This document shows, in pieces, positions 1 through 10,141 of a DNA stretch of 54,794 nucleotides; position 1 is the first letter of the stretch, and each line of letters starts with the position of its first letter. Source of the stretch: an archaeon (GTDB taxonomy: Archaea; B1Sed10-29; WALL01; JAGHAM01); contig JAIOSL010000050.1 in the NCBI GenBank assembly GCA_021107635.1, forward strand, positions 1-54,794, in the 5' to 3' direction. Made by a program: the position numbers and the translations under genes. The notes beneath the pieces were generated by a model. The model saw only the letters and a list, made by a program, of their open reading frames with translations. It was not told where the DNA came from and did not search any database.

Positions 1-73
1 CCATATTTATTGTTAGGGTCAGTGCAACCGCAATCACAAATACAATACATATCACCAATAGTTCCTTTTTCAT
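1..73 (-). CDS. N-terminal fragment of a probable secreted/membrane protein (runs off the window)
   Basis: ATG at 73 on the minus strand, preceded by GGGAG; reads MKKELLVICIVFVIAVALTLTINM, signal-peptide-like; absent from the ORF track. Confidence 0.55.
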   Translation of the reverse strand, partial: MKKELLVICIVFVIAVALTLTINM

Positions 74-326
74 TTTTTAACATCTCCCAAGTGAACCTTT
101 TTGTTTTCACTTATCGTTTAATTTGATTGAAACCATACTTACCAATTGCTGAAACTATGGTTTAAACTAATGAAACTATCCACAAGCATAAACCAACTGG
201 CTATCTAAACTGATATAGTATCTCATCCCCCGCGCGTTACTACTGAGTCTAGTAGCGCCAAGGTATGTATAAAATGTCACAGGAAGCAAAGTGACAAATA
301 GCTTCCATTACTAAAAGAGTGATTGC

Positions 327-725
327 GTGAAATTAGATAACATTCTAGTTAAAAAAGTTGCTGGAGCAAAGAACTCCTCTATAGGTAGATTTCTTTCATC
401 AATCATTCTCAAAGGTTGGGGAGTAACCATCCTAGCATGCCTAAACGTTTTATGTACGTTCACGCTTGGATTCATGATGACCTACCCACTCTATATTATG
501 GGTGGCTTTTGGATGGCACTGCCAACAGGACTGCTCACTTTTGCGTTAATCATCATATTGTCTGCTAACATACTCAACAACAAGCTAGGCTGGACCCAGG
601 GATCCACCCTAAGAAAACTGCTCATTTTGGCTATACTCCTCTCATTACCATTTGGTTTACTCAGCCTGCCTTTACTCAAGAACAGCTCACCAAGTAAATA
701 TCCTGACAAAAATGAACAGCTTTAA
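327..725 (+). CDS. hypothetical membrane protein (3 predicted hydrophobic segments)
   Basis: 132-aa GTG-start ORF with hydrophobic stretches; no family recognised. Confidence 0.55.
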   Translation: MKLDNILVKKVAGAKNSSIGRFLSSIILKGWGVTILACLNVLCTFTLGFMMTYPLYIMGGFWMALPTGLLTFALIIILSANILNNKLGWTQGSTLRKLLILAILLSLPFGLLSLPLLKNSSPSKYPDKNEQL

Positions 726-825
726 TTCTTTGTTTTTTAAAAGTTGGTGCTATTAGTCTCATCCTTGCAGCACTACAAGCATTAGTATATGATACGTTCC
801 ACTCTATGCAATTCACAAACAAAAC

Positions 826-858
826 TATAAAAACCATGGTTGATATAAAAAATCATGG
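826..858 (+). promoter_or_regulatory. TATA-like box plus adjacent inverted repeat upstream of the pur operon
   Basis: TATAAAAA at 826-833, followed by CCATGGTT-N9-AATCATGG (7/8 inverted match) at 834-858; ATG at 869. Confidence 0.4.
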
Positions 859-868
859 GGGAAATTCA

Positions 869-1336
869 ATGAAAATACTTATTATTCTTGGCTCAGAATC
901 AGATAAACCAATCGCCGACAAAGCAATCAAAATTTTAGATGAATTTGAAATGCCCTATGACTTACGCATTGCATCAGCCCATCGCACACCACAAAAACTT
1001 GAAAAACTAGTGAAAGAAAGCGATGCAAACCTGTTCATAGCAATAGCAGGCCTGGCAGCAGCACTACCAGGAGCAATAGCATCATTCACCACCAAGCCAG
1101 TCATCGGTGTCCCAGTGAACGTCAAGCTTGATGGACTTGATGCACTACTAGCAATAACACAAATGCCACCAGGAATACCAGTAGCAAGCGTAGGCATTGA
1201 CCGAGGAGACAACGCAGCAATACTAGCAATAGAAATACTAGCAGTGAAAGATCCATCCCTCACTAAAAAATTAGAAGACTATCGTACGAAAATGAGGGAT
1301 AAAGTAGAAAAAAGTGACGAAAAGGTGAGAAAATGA
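869..1336 (+). CDS. purE: N5-CAIR mutase / AIR carboxylase PurE
   Basis: [26 protein letters not shown] and MPPGIPVA motifs; start moved to ATG 869 after a G-rich RBS. Confidence 0.96.
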   Translation: MKILIILGSESDKPIADKAIKILDEFEMPYDLRIASAHRTPQKLEKLVKESDANLFIAIAGLAAALPGAIASFTTKPVIGVPVNVKLDGLDALLAITQMPPGIPVASVGIDRGDNAAILAIEILAVKDPSLTKKLEDYRTKMRDKVEKSDEKVRK

Positions 1337-2676
1337 ATGTGCATCCGATAGACTATCGCTACGGCTCAGACGAAATGAGAAAAATATTTGAAGAAGAAGC
1401 CCGCCTACGTAAAATGGTAGAAGTAGAAATCGCACTTATAAATGCCTTACACGAAATGGGAAAAGTACCAGAAAGCGCATACAAAGAAGCAGCACAAAAA
1501 GCAAAAAAAGTTGAACTCAAAAGAGTCAGAGAAATAGAAAAAGAAGTCAACCATGACGTCATGGCAATGGTCCTCTCACTCTCAGAACAATGCAGCCCAG
1601 AAACAGCAAAATACATTCATTTAAGCGCGACAAGCTACGACATAGTTGACTCTGCTTTAGCACTCCAAATGAAAGAAGCACTCACAATCATAATCAAAAA
1701 AGGCAAAGTAGTACTCGCAGATATCATCAAAATAGCAGAAAAACATGACAAACAAATAATGATAGGAAGAACCCACGGACAACATGCAACACCCATAACA
1801 CTAGGATTCAAATTTGCAAACTACGCACAAAAAATCGGAGAAGATTTAGACAGACTAGAATATGACATGAAAGAACACATCCAAGGCAAATTCTCAGGAG
1901 CAGTAGGAAACTATTCAGTCCAAAAAACATTTGAAATAGATGGTCTCGAAGAAGTAATACTCAACAAACTAGAAATAAAACCCGCAGAAATATCTACGCA
2001 AGTAGTAGCAAGAGAAAACATTGCTAGGATAGTATGTGACATAGCCATTCTTGCAGCAACACTAGAACAGATAGCAAAAGAAATAAGAAACCTCCAAAGA
2101 ACAGAAATAGGTGAAGTAAGTGAAGGCTTCGGCAAAAAACAAGTAGGCAGTTCCGCCATGCCCCAAAAACGCAATCCGATAAACTGTGAAAACATTTGCA
2201 GCAACGCAAGAGTAGTCCGCTCAACAGTATACCCAGTACTAGAGAATATAGCCTTGGAACACGAACGAGACCTTACCAACTCAGCAAGCGAACGCACAAT
2301 CCTTCCAACAGTCTTCGTTATCACAGACGACATGCTTGAACGCACACACAAAGTCTTAAACACCCTTGAAGTGTACCCACAAAAAATGAAACAAAACGTA
2401 GGCATAACTCAAGGAAGAATAATGGCAGAAAACGTCATGAGCGGCCTAGTTAAAAAAGGAGTAGAACGCCAAAAAGCCCATGAACTTCTACGCAAAGCAA
2501 GCACAGAAAGCCTCAAACAAAACAAGCCGATGAAAGAAATACTCAAACAAGACAAAGAACTAATGAAATTAATCACACCAGAAGAACTAGAAAAAATGAT
2601 GGATCCAGAACAATATGTTGGACTAGCAGTCGAAAAAATCTATAAAATAACCAAGAAGTGGAAAAAATGCCTTTAA
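1333..2676 (+). CDS. purB: adenylosuccinate lyase
   Basis: GRTHGQHA and the fumarate-lyase signature [11 protein letters not shown]; ATGA overlap with purE. Confidence 0.97.
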   Translation: MNVHPIDYRYGSDEMRKIFEEEARLRKMVEVEIALINALHEMGKVPESAYKEAAQKAKKVELKRVREIEKEVNHDVMAMVLSLSEQCSPETAKYIHLSATSYDIVDSALALQMKEALTIIIKKGKVVLADIIKIAEKHDKQIMIGRTHGQHATPITLGFKFANYAQKIGEDLDRLEYDMKEHIQGKFSGAVGNYSVQKTFEIDGLEEVILNKLEIKPAEISTQVVARENIARIVCDIAILAATLEQIAKEIRNLQRTEIGEVSEGFGKKQVGSSAMPQKRNPINCENICSNARVVRSTVYPVLENIALEHERDLTNSASERTILPTVFVITDDMLERTHKVLNTLEVYPQKMKQNVGITQGRIMAENVMSGLVKKGVERQKAHELLRKASTESLKQNKPMKEILKQDKELMKLITPEELEKMMDPEQYVGLAVEKIYKITKKWKKCL

Positions 2677-3689
2677 CATACGCAGACACAGGAGTCGACA
2701 GAGACCTAAGGAAAAAAGCTAAAATGCACTGGGAAAGCTTGAAAAGCACCTACGCACTAAGCCACTATGGAAACATCATTGAAACACCCTACAACACACT
2801 CTATCCAATACAAGGCAAATACCAAGTCAAAACCTGTGACGGAACAGGAACAAAAGTTTTGCTAGCAGAACTCGCAGAAAAACATGACACAATAGGCATC
2901 GATGCCGTAGCAATGGTAGTCAACGACTGCCTGAGACCCGGAGCAAAACCAATAGCCCTAACCGACATAATTGACACAAAAAAAAGTGAACCCAAACTCC
3001 TCGAAGAACTCCAAAAAGGTCTCAATGCTGGCGCGTTTGAAGCAGGATGTCCATTAGTAGGAGGAGAAACCGCAGATGTTCCCGAACTGCTTAATTCACT
3101 TTATCACATAAACTGTGACTGCGTAGGAGAAGTTGAAAAAAATAAGATCATAACCGGGAAAAAAGTAACACCTGGAGATATTGTAATCGGACTACGCAGC
3201 TCAGGAGTACACAGCAATGGAATCACTCTTGTCAGAAAAGCACTGTTCAAAAAATGGGGAGGAAAATATGACTCCGCTTACACACCAGAAGAACTAGACA
3301 AAACAATACTAGAAGAAGTACTAGAACCAACACGCATTTACGTTAACCCAATACTAAAAGTTTTTGAAAACATAGATGTACACGGAGCAGTACACATAAC
3401 AGGAGATGCATACCTCAAATTTCTCAAACTAGGTGGATTTGAATTTGACAATTTTCACCCACAACCAATATTCAAAATAATCAAAGAAGCAGGACAAATA
3501 ACAGACGACGAAATGTTTAAAGTATTCAACATGGGATGGGGCTTTGCCCTGATAGTCTCAAGAGAAGACAAAAACCAAGTTTTAGATTCAATACCAAAAG
3601 AGTATGGAGCAGAACAAATAGGAAAAGTCATCACAGACAAAAAAATCGTAATCAAATACAAAACCAAAGAAATAATCTTAGGGGAGTAG
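2667..3689 (+). CDS. purM: phosphoribosylformylglycinamidine cyclo-ligase (AIR synthetase)
   Basis: [40 protein letters not shown] motifs; start set at ATG 2667. Confidence 0.96.
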   Translation: MPLTYADTGVDRDLRKKAKMHWESLKSTYALSHYGNIIETPYNTLYPIQGKYQVKTCDGTGTKVLLAELAEKHDTIGIDAVAMVVNDCLRPGAKPIALTDIIDTKKSEPKLLEELQKGLNAGAFEAGCPLVGGETADVPELLNSLYHINCDCVGEVEKNKIITGKKVTPGDIVIGLRSSGVHSNGITLVRKALFKKWGGKYDSAYTPEELDKTILEEVLEPTRIYVNPILKVFENIDVHGAVHITGDAYLKFLKLGGFEFDNFHPQPIFKIIKEAGQITDDEMFKVFNMGWGFALIVSREDKNQVLDSIPKEYGAEQIGKVITDKKIVIKYKTKEIILGE

Positions 3690-3691
3690 GA

Positions 3692-4042
3692 ATGAAACTC
3701 GTTAAAGAGAACCAAAAAGAATGGCAAGACCGAAAAGGATATTCCAAAAAAATTCTTTACTCAGTCCAAGACATCCCAAAAAACACAAACCAACTACAAA
3801 AAATGAAAATTCCAAAAGGAAACACCATAGCAAACCACTATCACAAAAACACATCCGAAATATTCTATTGCATAAAAGGAAAAGCAGTATTTTCAATAGA
3901 AGGCAACGACTTTGAATTCACAAAAGGAGATGCAGCACTCTGCGAAGCAGGAGAAAAACATGAAGTAAAACAAGTTTTAGAAGACCTTCACTTTTTAACA
4001 TTCAAAATAAATCAAAAAGAAAACGATACAGTGTGGCTATAA
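3692..4042 (+). CDS. cupin-domain protein
   Basis: HYH-x4-E ... H cupin metal motifs (ANHYHKNTSEIFY, GEKHEV); start moved to ATG 3692, just after the purM stop. Confidence 0.85.
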   Translation: MKLVKENQKEWQDRKGYSKKILYSVQDIPKNTNQLQKMKIPKGNTIANHYHKNTSEIFYCIKGKAVFSIEGNDFEFTKGDAALCEAGEKHEVKQVLEDLHFLTFKINQKENDTVWL

Positions 4043-4506
4043 TGTGGGTAATAGGAGTAACATATCAAAGTCCAGACGTGGATCCAATCGGCTTAAACAA
4101 AAAAGTTGAAATGGAAGACTTAGGTTTACCAGTAAAACAAGTCAACACAATGCACGTTTACTACATACAAAGCAACGCAACTAAAGAACAAATAGAAAAA
4201 GCATGCAAAGAACTGCTCGCAGACCCAATAATACAAGATTACACATATCAACAAGACACGAATAGCCTCCAACTGGCAGAAACCAGTTCTTGGCTAATCG
4301 AAGTAAAAAACAAACCAGGCGTAACAGATGCAGTTGGAGAAAGCACCAAAAAAGGACTAGAAACCCTTGGACTAGAAGTAGACCAAGTACACACTGCATT
4401 CACATACTCTATTGAAGGACAACTAGAAGAAGAACAAATAAAACAAATAGCAGAAAAAATTCTAGCAAACCCATTAATCCAAGAATACAAATACGTGAGA
4501 AAATGA
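4042..4506 (+). CDS. purS: tandem-duplicated PurS (FGAR amidotransferase subunit)
   Basis: Two PurS-like halves ending LLADPIIQDY and ILANPLIQEY, with KPGVTDAVG motif; directly upstream of purL. Confidence 0.85.
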   Translation: MWVIGVTYQSPDVDPIGLNKKVEMEDLGLPVKQVNTMHVYYIQSNATKEQIEKACKELLADPIIQDYTYQQDTNSLQLAETSSWLIEVKNKPGVTDAVGESTKKGLETLGLEVDQVHTAFTYSIEGQLEEEQIKQIAEKILANPLIQEYKYVRK

Positions 4507-6872
4507 AACCAAAACAAATCCAAATCACCAGCGCTAACGAACAACAACTAATAACCATCAGCAAAAAAGGACTTCTCTCGCTCTCAAAAAAAGAAATGAA
4601 AGCAATTCAAAAATACTATCAACAACAAGGACGAGAACCTACAGACGCTGAACTTGAAACAATCGCACAAACATGGTCAGAACATTGTATCCACAAAACA
4701 TTTAACGCCTTAATCGACACGCCAGACGGTCAAATTGACAGTCTCTTCAAAACATACATATTCAAAGCCACTAACGAACTTGACAAAAAATGGTGCATAT
4801 CAGTATTCAAAGACAACGCAGGAATAGTCAAATTTGACGATGAACATGCCGTTGCAATGAAAGTAGAAACTCACAACCATCCAACAGCACTAGACCCATA
4901 TGGAGGCGCAGGCACAGGAACTGGCGGAGTATTCCGAGATGTAATGGGAGTCGGAGCAAAACCAATCCTCTCTACAAACATGCTCTTCTTTGGACCACTT
5001 GACATTCCCCACACACAGCTACCTCCAGGTACAATGCACCCAAAACGCTTAATGAAAGGCTCCGTAGCAGGCATTAGAGACTACGGCAACAGAATGGGAA
5101 TCCCAACCGCAAACGGAGGAGTTGCCTTTGATCAAGGCTATATAGGAAATCCTCTTGTCTATGCTGGAACAGTAGGCATAATGCCAAAAAATAAATACAT
5201 TTGTAACGCTCAATCAGGAGACCTGATCCTGCTCGTAGGAGGAAAAACAGGAAGAGACGGCATCCATGGAGTCACTTTTGCATCAGTCGAACTAGAAGAA
5301 ACATCTGAAAAAACTTCAAGTGGAGCAGTCCAAATAGGCAACCCAGTAGAAGAAAAAAAAACACTTGACGGTCTCCTAAGAGCAAGAGACTGTGATGCTC
5401 TCCCACTCTACAGCGCGATTACAGACTGTGGAGGCGGTGGGTTATCTTCGGCCATAGGAGAAATGGGAAAAGAGTTAGGCGTAGAAGTGCACCTAGACAA
5501 AGTGCCACTAAAGTACGCTGGTCTAGAACCATGGGAAATATGGATTTCAGAAGCACAAGAAAGGATGATATTGATAGTTCCACCAGAAAACAAAGAAAGC
5601 ATACTTGAAATATTCAAAAATGAAAACTGTTTAGCAACAATAATAGGCAAACTCCGAAACGACAAAAAACTAGTATTATATCATGAACAAGACAAAGTAG
5701 CAGAACTAGAAATGTCCTTCCTACACTCAGTACCAAAAATAACAAGAAAAGCAAAATGGAAAAAAATAGAAGAAAAAGAACCAAATCTACCAGAAAAAAT
5801 AACTTATGGAGAAGATCTCAAAAAAATATTAAGATCACCCAACGTCGCAAGCAAAGAATGGGTAATAAGACAATACGACCACGAAGTACAAGCAAAAACA
5901 GTGATTAAACCACTCCAAGGAAAAGCACAAGGACCCGGAAACGCATGCGTACTCAAACCAAAATATGACAGCTGGAAAGGTATAGTGATATCCAATGGAG
6001 TAAACTCAAAATACAGTGAAAATCCCTACAACATGACACTATCAGCAATAGATGAAGCCTTGCGCAACAACGTCTGCTGTGGAGGAAGACGCATTGCAAT
6101 TCTTGATAACTTTAGCTGGGGAAGCCCTAGCAACCCTGAAACCATGGGCGCGCTCGTAAAAGCATGCGAAGCCTGTTATGATGGAGCCAAAGGATTTGAT
6201 ACCCCATTAATCTCTGGCAAAGATAGTCTGCACAACGAATACAAAGTAAAAGGCAAAACCATGGCAATTCCACACACCATGGTAATTTCTGCAATAGGTA
6301 TTATACCAGACATAAGAAAAGCAATCACAATGGATCTCAAAAAACCAGGAACAAGCATTTACCTTGTCGGCGAAACCCTAGATGAACTGGGAGGTTCACA
6401 CTATTTCATGGTTAATGAATTAACAGGTGGCAAAGTTCCAGGAGTCAACCTAGCACGTGCTAAAAAAACGATGGACCGTCTGATAGAAGCAATAGACTCT
6501 GAGCTAATCTTATCTTGTCATGATTGTAGTGAAGGGGGACTAGCGGTAACAGCAGCAGAAATGTCTTTTGCTGGAGGGCTAGGAATGACAATAGATTTAG
6601 AGCACGTTCCTACCAACTTAGAAAGAGAAGATAAGATATTGTTCTCTGAATCTAACAGCAGGTTCCTAGTTGAAGTAACAAATGAAAAAAAGTTCGAAGA
6701 AAAAATGAAAGAACTGCCATTCGCAAAAATTGGAAAAGTCACACAAGAACCAGAACTCAAAATAAAAGAAAGAAGAAGCTTAGACCCAAACATAGACGAC
6801 AAGAAAAAACTAGTGATAAACGAAAAAATAAAAGACTTGAAAAATGAATGGGAGGCGACATTCAAATGGTAA
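4503..6872 (+). CDS. purL: FGAR amidotransferase synthetase subunit PurL
   Basis: WSEHCIHK, KVETHNHP, GGKTGRDGIHG, DCGGGG, SEAQERM, QYDHEV, ISGKDSLHN motifs. Confidence 0.97.
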   Translation: MKPKQIQITSANEQQLITISKKGLLSLSKKEMKAIQKYYQQQGREPTDAELETIAQTWSEHCIHKTFNALIDTPDGQIDSLFKTYIFKATNELDKKWCISVFKDNAGIVKFDDEHAVAMKVETHNHPTALDPYGGAGTGTGGVFRDVMGVGAKPILSTNMLFFGPLDIPHTQLPPGTMHPKRLMKGSVAGIRDYGNRMGIPTANGGVAFDQGYIGNPLVYAGTVGIMPKNKYICNAQSGDLILLVGGKTGRDGIHGVTFASVELEETSEKTSSGAVQIGNPVEEKKTLDGLLRARDCDALPLYSAITDCGGGGLSSAIGEMGKELGVEVHLDKVPLKYAGLEPWEIWISEAQERMILIVPPENKESILEIFKNENCLATIIGKLRNDKKLVLYHEQDKVAELEMSFLHSVPKITRKAKWKKIEEKEPNLPEKITYGEDLKKILRSPNVASKEWVIRQYDHEVQAKTVIKPLQGKAQGPGNACVLKPKYDSWKGIVISNGVNSKYSENPYNMTLSAIDEALRNNVCCGGRRIAILDNFSWGSPSNPETMGALVKACEACYDGAKGFDTPLISGKDSLHNEYKVKGKTMAIPHTMVISAIGIIPDIRKAITMDLKKPGTSIYLVGETLDELGGSHYFMVNELTGGKVPGVNLARAKKTMDRLIEAIDSELILSCHDCSEGGLAVTAAEMSFAGGLGMTIDLEHVPTNLEREDKILFSESNSRFLVEVTNEKKFEEKMKELPFAKIGKVTQEPELKIKERRSLDPNIDDKKKLVINEKIKDLKNEWEATFKW

Positions 6873-7606
6873 AAGCCATCATATTAAGAGTAGAAGGAAC
6901 CAACTGTGATGAAGAATTAGTCAACGCCTTCCAGCTCGCAGGAGCAGAAGTAACTCTTGCACACATCAATGAACTCCTGAAAAATAAGATATCCTTAGAA
7001 GACCACCAAATTCTTGCTTTACCAGGAGGCTTTTCACATGGAGATGACATCTCCGCAGGAGTGATACTAGCCAATCAACTCAAACAATTACTAGGAAAAC
7101 AATTAAACAAGTTCATAGAAGAAGAAAAAGCTGTAATAGGCATTTGCAATGGCTTCCAAATCCTAGTAAAAACAGGCTTGCTACCCAATCTATCAGGAAA
7201 CCAAGAACAAGAAGTAACTCTTGCATTCAACAGCTCAGGTCTCTTCAGAAACCAATGGGTACACCTAGAAACACAAAAAGAAAACACTTGCCCATTCCTG
7301 AAAAACATGGAAAACATATACCTTCCAATAGCACACGCAGAAGGAAGATTTATAGCAACACAAGAAACAATAGAACAAATAGAAGAACAAAATTTAATCG
7401 CATTCAAATATGTTGGAAACCCTAACGGATCAATAAATGACATTGCAGGAATAAGCAATTCCCAAGGAAACATTCTAGGACTAATGCCTCACCCAGAAAG
7501 ATTCCTCCACCCATGGATGCACCCATACTGGACTCTTGAACAACCAGAACAAGGAGACGGAATCCAACTATTCAAAAACATAGTCGAACACGCAAAAAAG
7601 GTGTAA
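6866..7606 (+). CDS. purQ: FGAR amidotransferase glutaminase subunit PurQ
   Basis: GTNCD, PGGFSHGD, GICNGFQ (catalytic Cys), AHAEGR, GLMPHPER; start ATG 6866 after GGAGG. Confidence 0.96.
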   Translation: MVKAIILRVEGTNCDEELVNAFQLAGAEVTLAHINELLKNKISLEDHQILALPGGFSHGDDISAGVILANQLKQLLGKQLNKFIEEEKAVIGICNGFQILVKTGLLPNLSGNQEQEVTLAFNSSGLFRNQWVHLETQKENTCPFLKNMENIYLPIAHAEGRFIATQETIEQIEEQNLIAFKYVGNPNGSINDIAGISNSQGNILGLMPHPERFLHPWMHPYWTLEQPEQGDGIQLFKNIVEHAKKV

Positions 7607-7608
7607 AA

Positions 7609-8490
7609 ATGACCCTAGTTACTGAAACCAACATACCAACAAAACTCCTCAAAAAAGGAAAAGTCAGAGACATGTATGATCTTGAAGACTCTCTGCTCAT
7701 GATAGCCACAGACAGAATCTCTGCATTCGACGTAGTATTTCCAAACGGCATACCCTACAAAGGACAATGTCTCACACAAATATCCCTATTCTGGTTCAAC
7801 ATGATGAAAGACATCATCGAAAACCACGTAAAAACAGCTGAACTAACCCAATATCCAAAAGAACTCCAACTCGAACAACTCAAAGGAAGAAGCATAATAA
7901 TTAAAAAAACTGACGTTCTTCCAGTGGAATGTATCGTCCGAGGATACCTAGCAGGCTCAGGATGGCGCAGCTACCAAAAAACAGGAGAAGTATGTGGAAT
8001 CGCTTTGCCTGAAGGCATGCAAGAAAGCGAAAAGTTTGATACACCCCTTTTCACACCATCCACAAAAGCAGAAGAAGGACACGATGAAAACATATCATTT
8101 GAAAAAATGAGCGAGTTAATAGGATCTGAACTAGCTAACCAAGTAAAACAAAAAAGTATTGAAATTTACAAAAGAGGTAACGAACACGCAAACAGCAAAG
8201 GAATGATACTCGCAGACACAAAATTTGAATTCGGTCTGCTAGACAACAAATTAATCCTAATAGATGAACTCTTAACACCCGACTCCTCGCGCTTCTGGCC
8301 AATGAACGAATGGAAACCAGGCAGCACACCTAATTCACTAGACAAAGAATACCTCCGCCAATACCTCTTAAAAAGCGATTGGAACCAAAAACCGCCAGCA
8401 CCAACGCTACCTCAAGAAGTAGTTCAAGAAACCAGCAGACGCTACCTAGAAATATACAAAACATTAACAGGACGTGAACTAAATGTTTGA
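7609..8490 (+). CDS. purC: SAICAR synthetase
   Basis: GKVRDMY, TDRISAFD, ECIVRGY, ADTKFEFG, DELLTPDSSRFW, DKEYLR. Confidence 0.97.
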   Translation: MTLVTETNIPTKLLKKGKVRDMYDLEDSLLMIATDRISAFDVVFPNGIPYKGQCLTQISLFWFNMMKDIIENHVKTAELTQYPKELQLEQLKGRSIIIKKTDVLPVECIVRGYLAGSGWRSYQKTGEVCGIALPEGMQESEKFDTPLFTPSTKAEEGHDENISFEKMSELIGSELANQVKQKSIEIYKRGNEHANSKGMILADTKFEFGLLDNKLILIDELLTPDSSRFWPMNEWKPGSTPNSLDKEYLRQYLLKSDWNQKPPAPTLPQEVVQETSRRYLEIYKTLTGRELNV

Positions 8491-9433
8491 CTCAGACAGA
8501 TTCATACAAGAAAAAACCACTGAACTAGCAAACACCAAAGAAAACACAATAATTGCATGCTCAGGAGGCGTAGACAGCACAGTAACAGCAATCCTGCTAC
8601 ACAAAGCACTAGGAAAAAACTTACACTGTGTTTTTGTAGACACAGGATTCATGAGAAAAGACGAACCAGAAACAGTCAAAAAAATATTCAACACACTAAA
8701 AGTACCACTAACAATAATCAACGCACAAACCCGCTTCTACGAAGCCCTAAAAGGTATAACAGAACCAGAACAAAAAAGAAAAATCATTGGAAAACTCTTC
8801 ATTGAACTATTTGAAGAAGAAGCCAAAAAAGTAAACGCTAAAAACCTCGCGCAAGGCACGCTTGCGCCTGACTGGATAGAAAGCGGAGGACAACTAAGAG
8901 ACACAATCAAAAGTCATCACAACGTTGGAGGCCTCCCAGAACAAATGAACCTAGAACTAATCGAACCAGTACGAGACTTATACAAAGACGAAGTACGAAA
9001 AATAGGCCTTGCTCTAGGAATACCAAACGAATTCTGTCAAAAACAACCGTTCCCAGGACCTGGACTAGCAGTCCGTATTATGGGCGAAGCCACAGAAAAA
9101 CGCGCGGAAATAGTAAGAAAAGCATGTGCAATAGTTGAAGAAGAACTTGAGAAAGCCGCAGAAGAAGGCAAGATGACGCTCCCATGGCAGTACTTCGCCG
9201 TGCTCATACCCATCAAAAGTGTAGGAGTCCAAGGGGATGCCAGAGCTTACGGATATACCATAGCAGTAAGGTCAGTTGAATCCGTTGATGCTATGACAGC
9301 GGACTACTCAAAAGTCCCACATGAAGTTCTAGAAAAAATTTCGGTAAAGATAACCAACACCCTAAAAGATAAAATCAACCGCGTTGTCTATGACATCAGC
9401 AACAAGCCCCCAAGCACTATTGAATGGGAATAG
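8483..9433 (+). CDS. guaAB: GMP synthase subunit B (ATP pyrophosphatase)
   Basis: SGGVDS PP-loop, IKSHHNVGG, PFPGPGLAVR, C-terminal KPPSTIEWE. Confidence 0.96.
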   Translation: MFDSDRFIQEKTTELANTKENTIIACSGGVDSTVTAILLHKALGKNLHCVFVDTGFMRKDEPETVKKIFNTLKVPLTIINAQTRFYEALKGITEPEQKRKIIGKLFIELFEEEAKKVNAKNLAQGTLAPDWIESGGQLRDTIKSHHNVGGLPEQMNLELIEPVRDLYKDEVRKIGLALGIPNEFCQKQPFPGPGLAVRIMGEATEKRAEIVRKACAIVEEELEKAAEEGKMTLPWQYFAVLIPIKSVGVQGDARAYGYTIAVRSVESVDAMTADYSKVPHEVLEKISVKITNTLKDKINRVVYDISNKPPSTIEWE

Positions 9434-10141
9434 TTATATATCGCCTAATGCGATTAGTAACAGGTGCAGCTTTGGATAATACCTTTGTTAGATGCCATTG
9501 AATCGTGTAGTATCAACATACTACTTTCTTTTATTGTACTTCTCTTCTTTACTATCTTTCTTTCGAGAGTGTTCAACATAAAAGATAGGAAAAGATTCAT
9601 GTTGGAACCAGCAGCCATATTCTTGATAATTGTGTTCTTTATACAGTTCATTTCGTTTTTTAGGTTAGATGATATTTTATATTTTGTGTTAAGCTCGACC
9701 CAACCTTTCATTGTTATTATTAAGGGTTTGGCTTTGGTTATAGCCATAACCGCCCTTTTAGGGGAATACACTTTAGTTAAAAAATTTGAACTCCGTTTGA
9801 GCGAAAAAGTACTGTTAGCTGTCCTGGTAGTGACTTCTATTTGCTTTTCGGTAATATACAAGAGCATGGGAACGGTCTGCATTGCCAGCTACTCGGTGGT
9901 TTTCTCTACAATGGTTAGGGGGTCAGGGCTTGAGCTATTTTATTATTTCCTATACAGCTTGATTGTTCTGTTGCCATTTTTCATCACTTTTGCCATATTT
10001 TACTTCTTGGTAGGGTTCTTGGACAAGGCGAGCCCTAAACTAAAAAAAGTGTTAAATCACATTATTTGCCTAGTATTGCTTTTCCTTGTAGTCTCTATTC
10101 TTATCAGTTCCTAAACTCTTTAAACACTATTGAATGGGAAT
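9415..10141 (+). mobile_element. small insertion bounded by a 17-bp direct repeat of the guaAB 3' end (att-like scar, no integrase)
   Basis: CACTATTGAATGGGAAT at 9415-9431 and 10125-10141; the interior is T-rich, unlike the A/C-rich flanking operon. Confidence 0.6.
9464..10114 (+). CDS. multi-pass membrane protein, distantly CcdA/DsbD-like
   Basis: Very hydrophobic; N-terminal LLDAIESCSINILL and later LYSLIVLLPF resemble GLADGFNPCAFFIL and LYNMIYVLPL of ORF 29797-31353. Confidence 0.5.
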   Translation: MQLWIIPLLDAIESCSINILLSFIVLLFFTIFLSRVFNIKDRKRFMLEPAAIFLIIVFFIQFISFFRLDDILYFVLSSTQPFIVIIKGLALVIAITALLGEYTLVKKFELRLSEKVLLAVLVVTSICFSVIYKSMGTVCIASYSVVFSTMVRGSGLELFYYFLYSLIVLLPFFITFAIFYFLVGFLDKASPKLKKVLNHIICLVLLFLVVSILISS

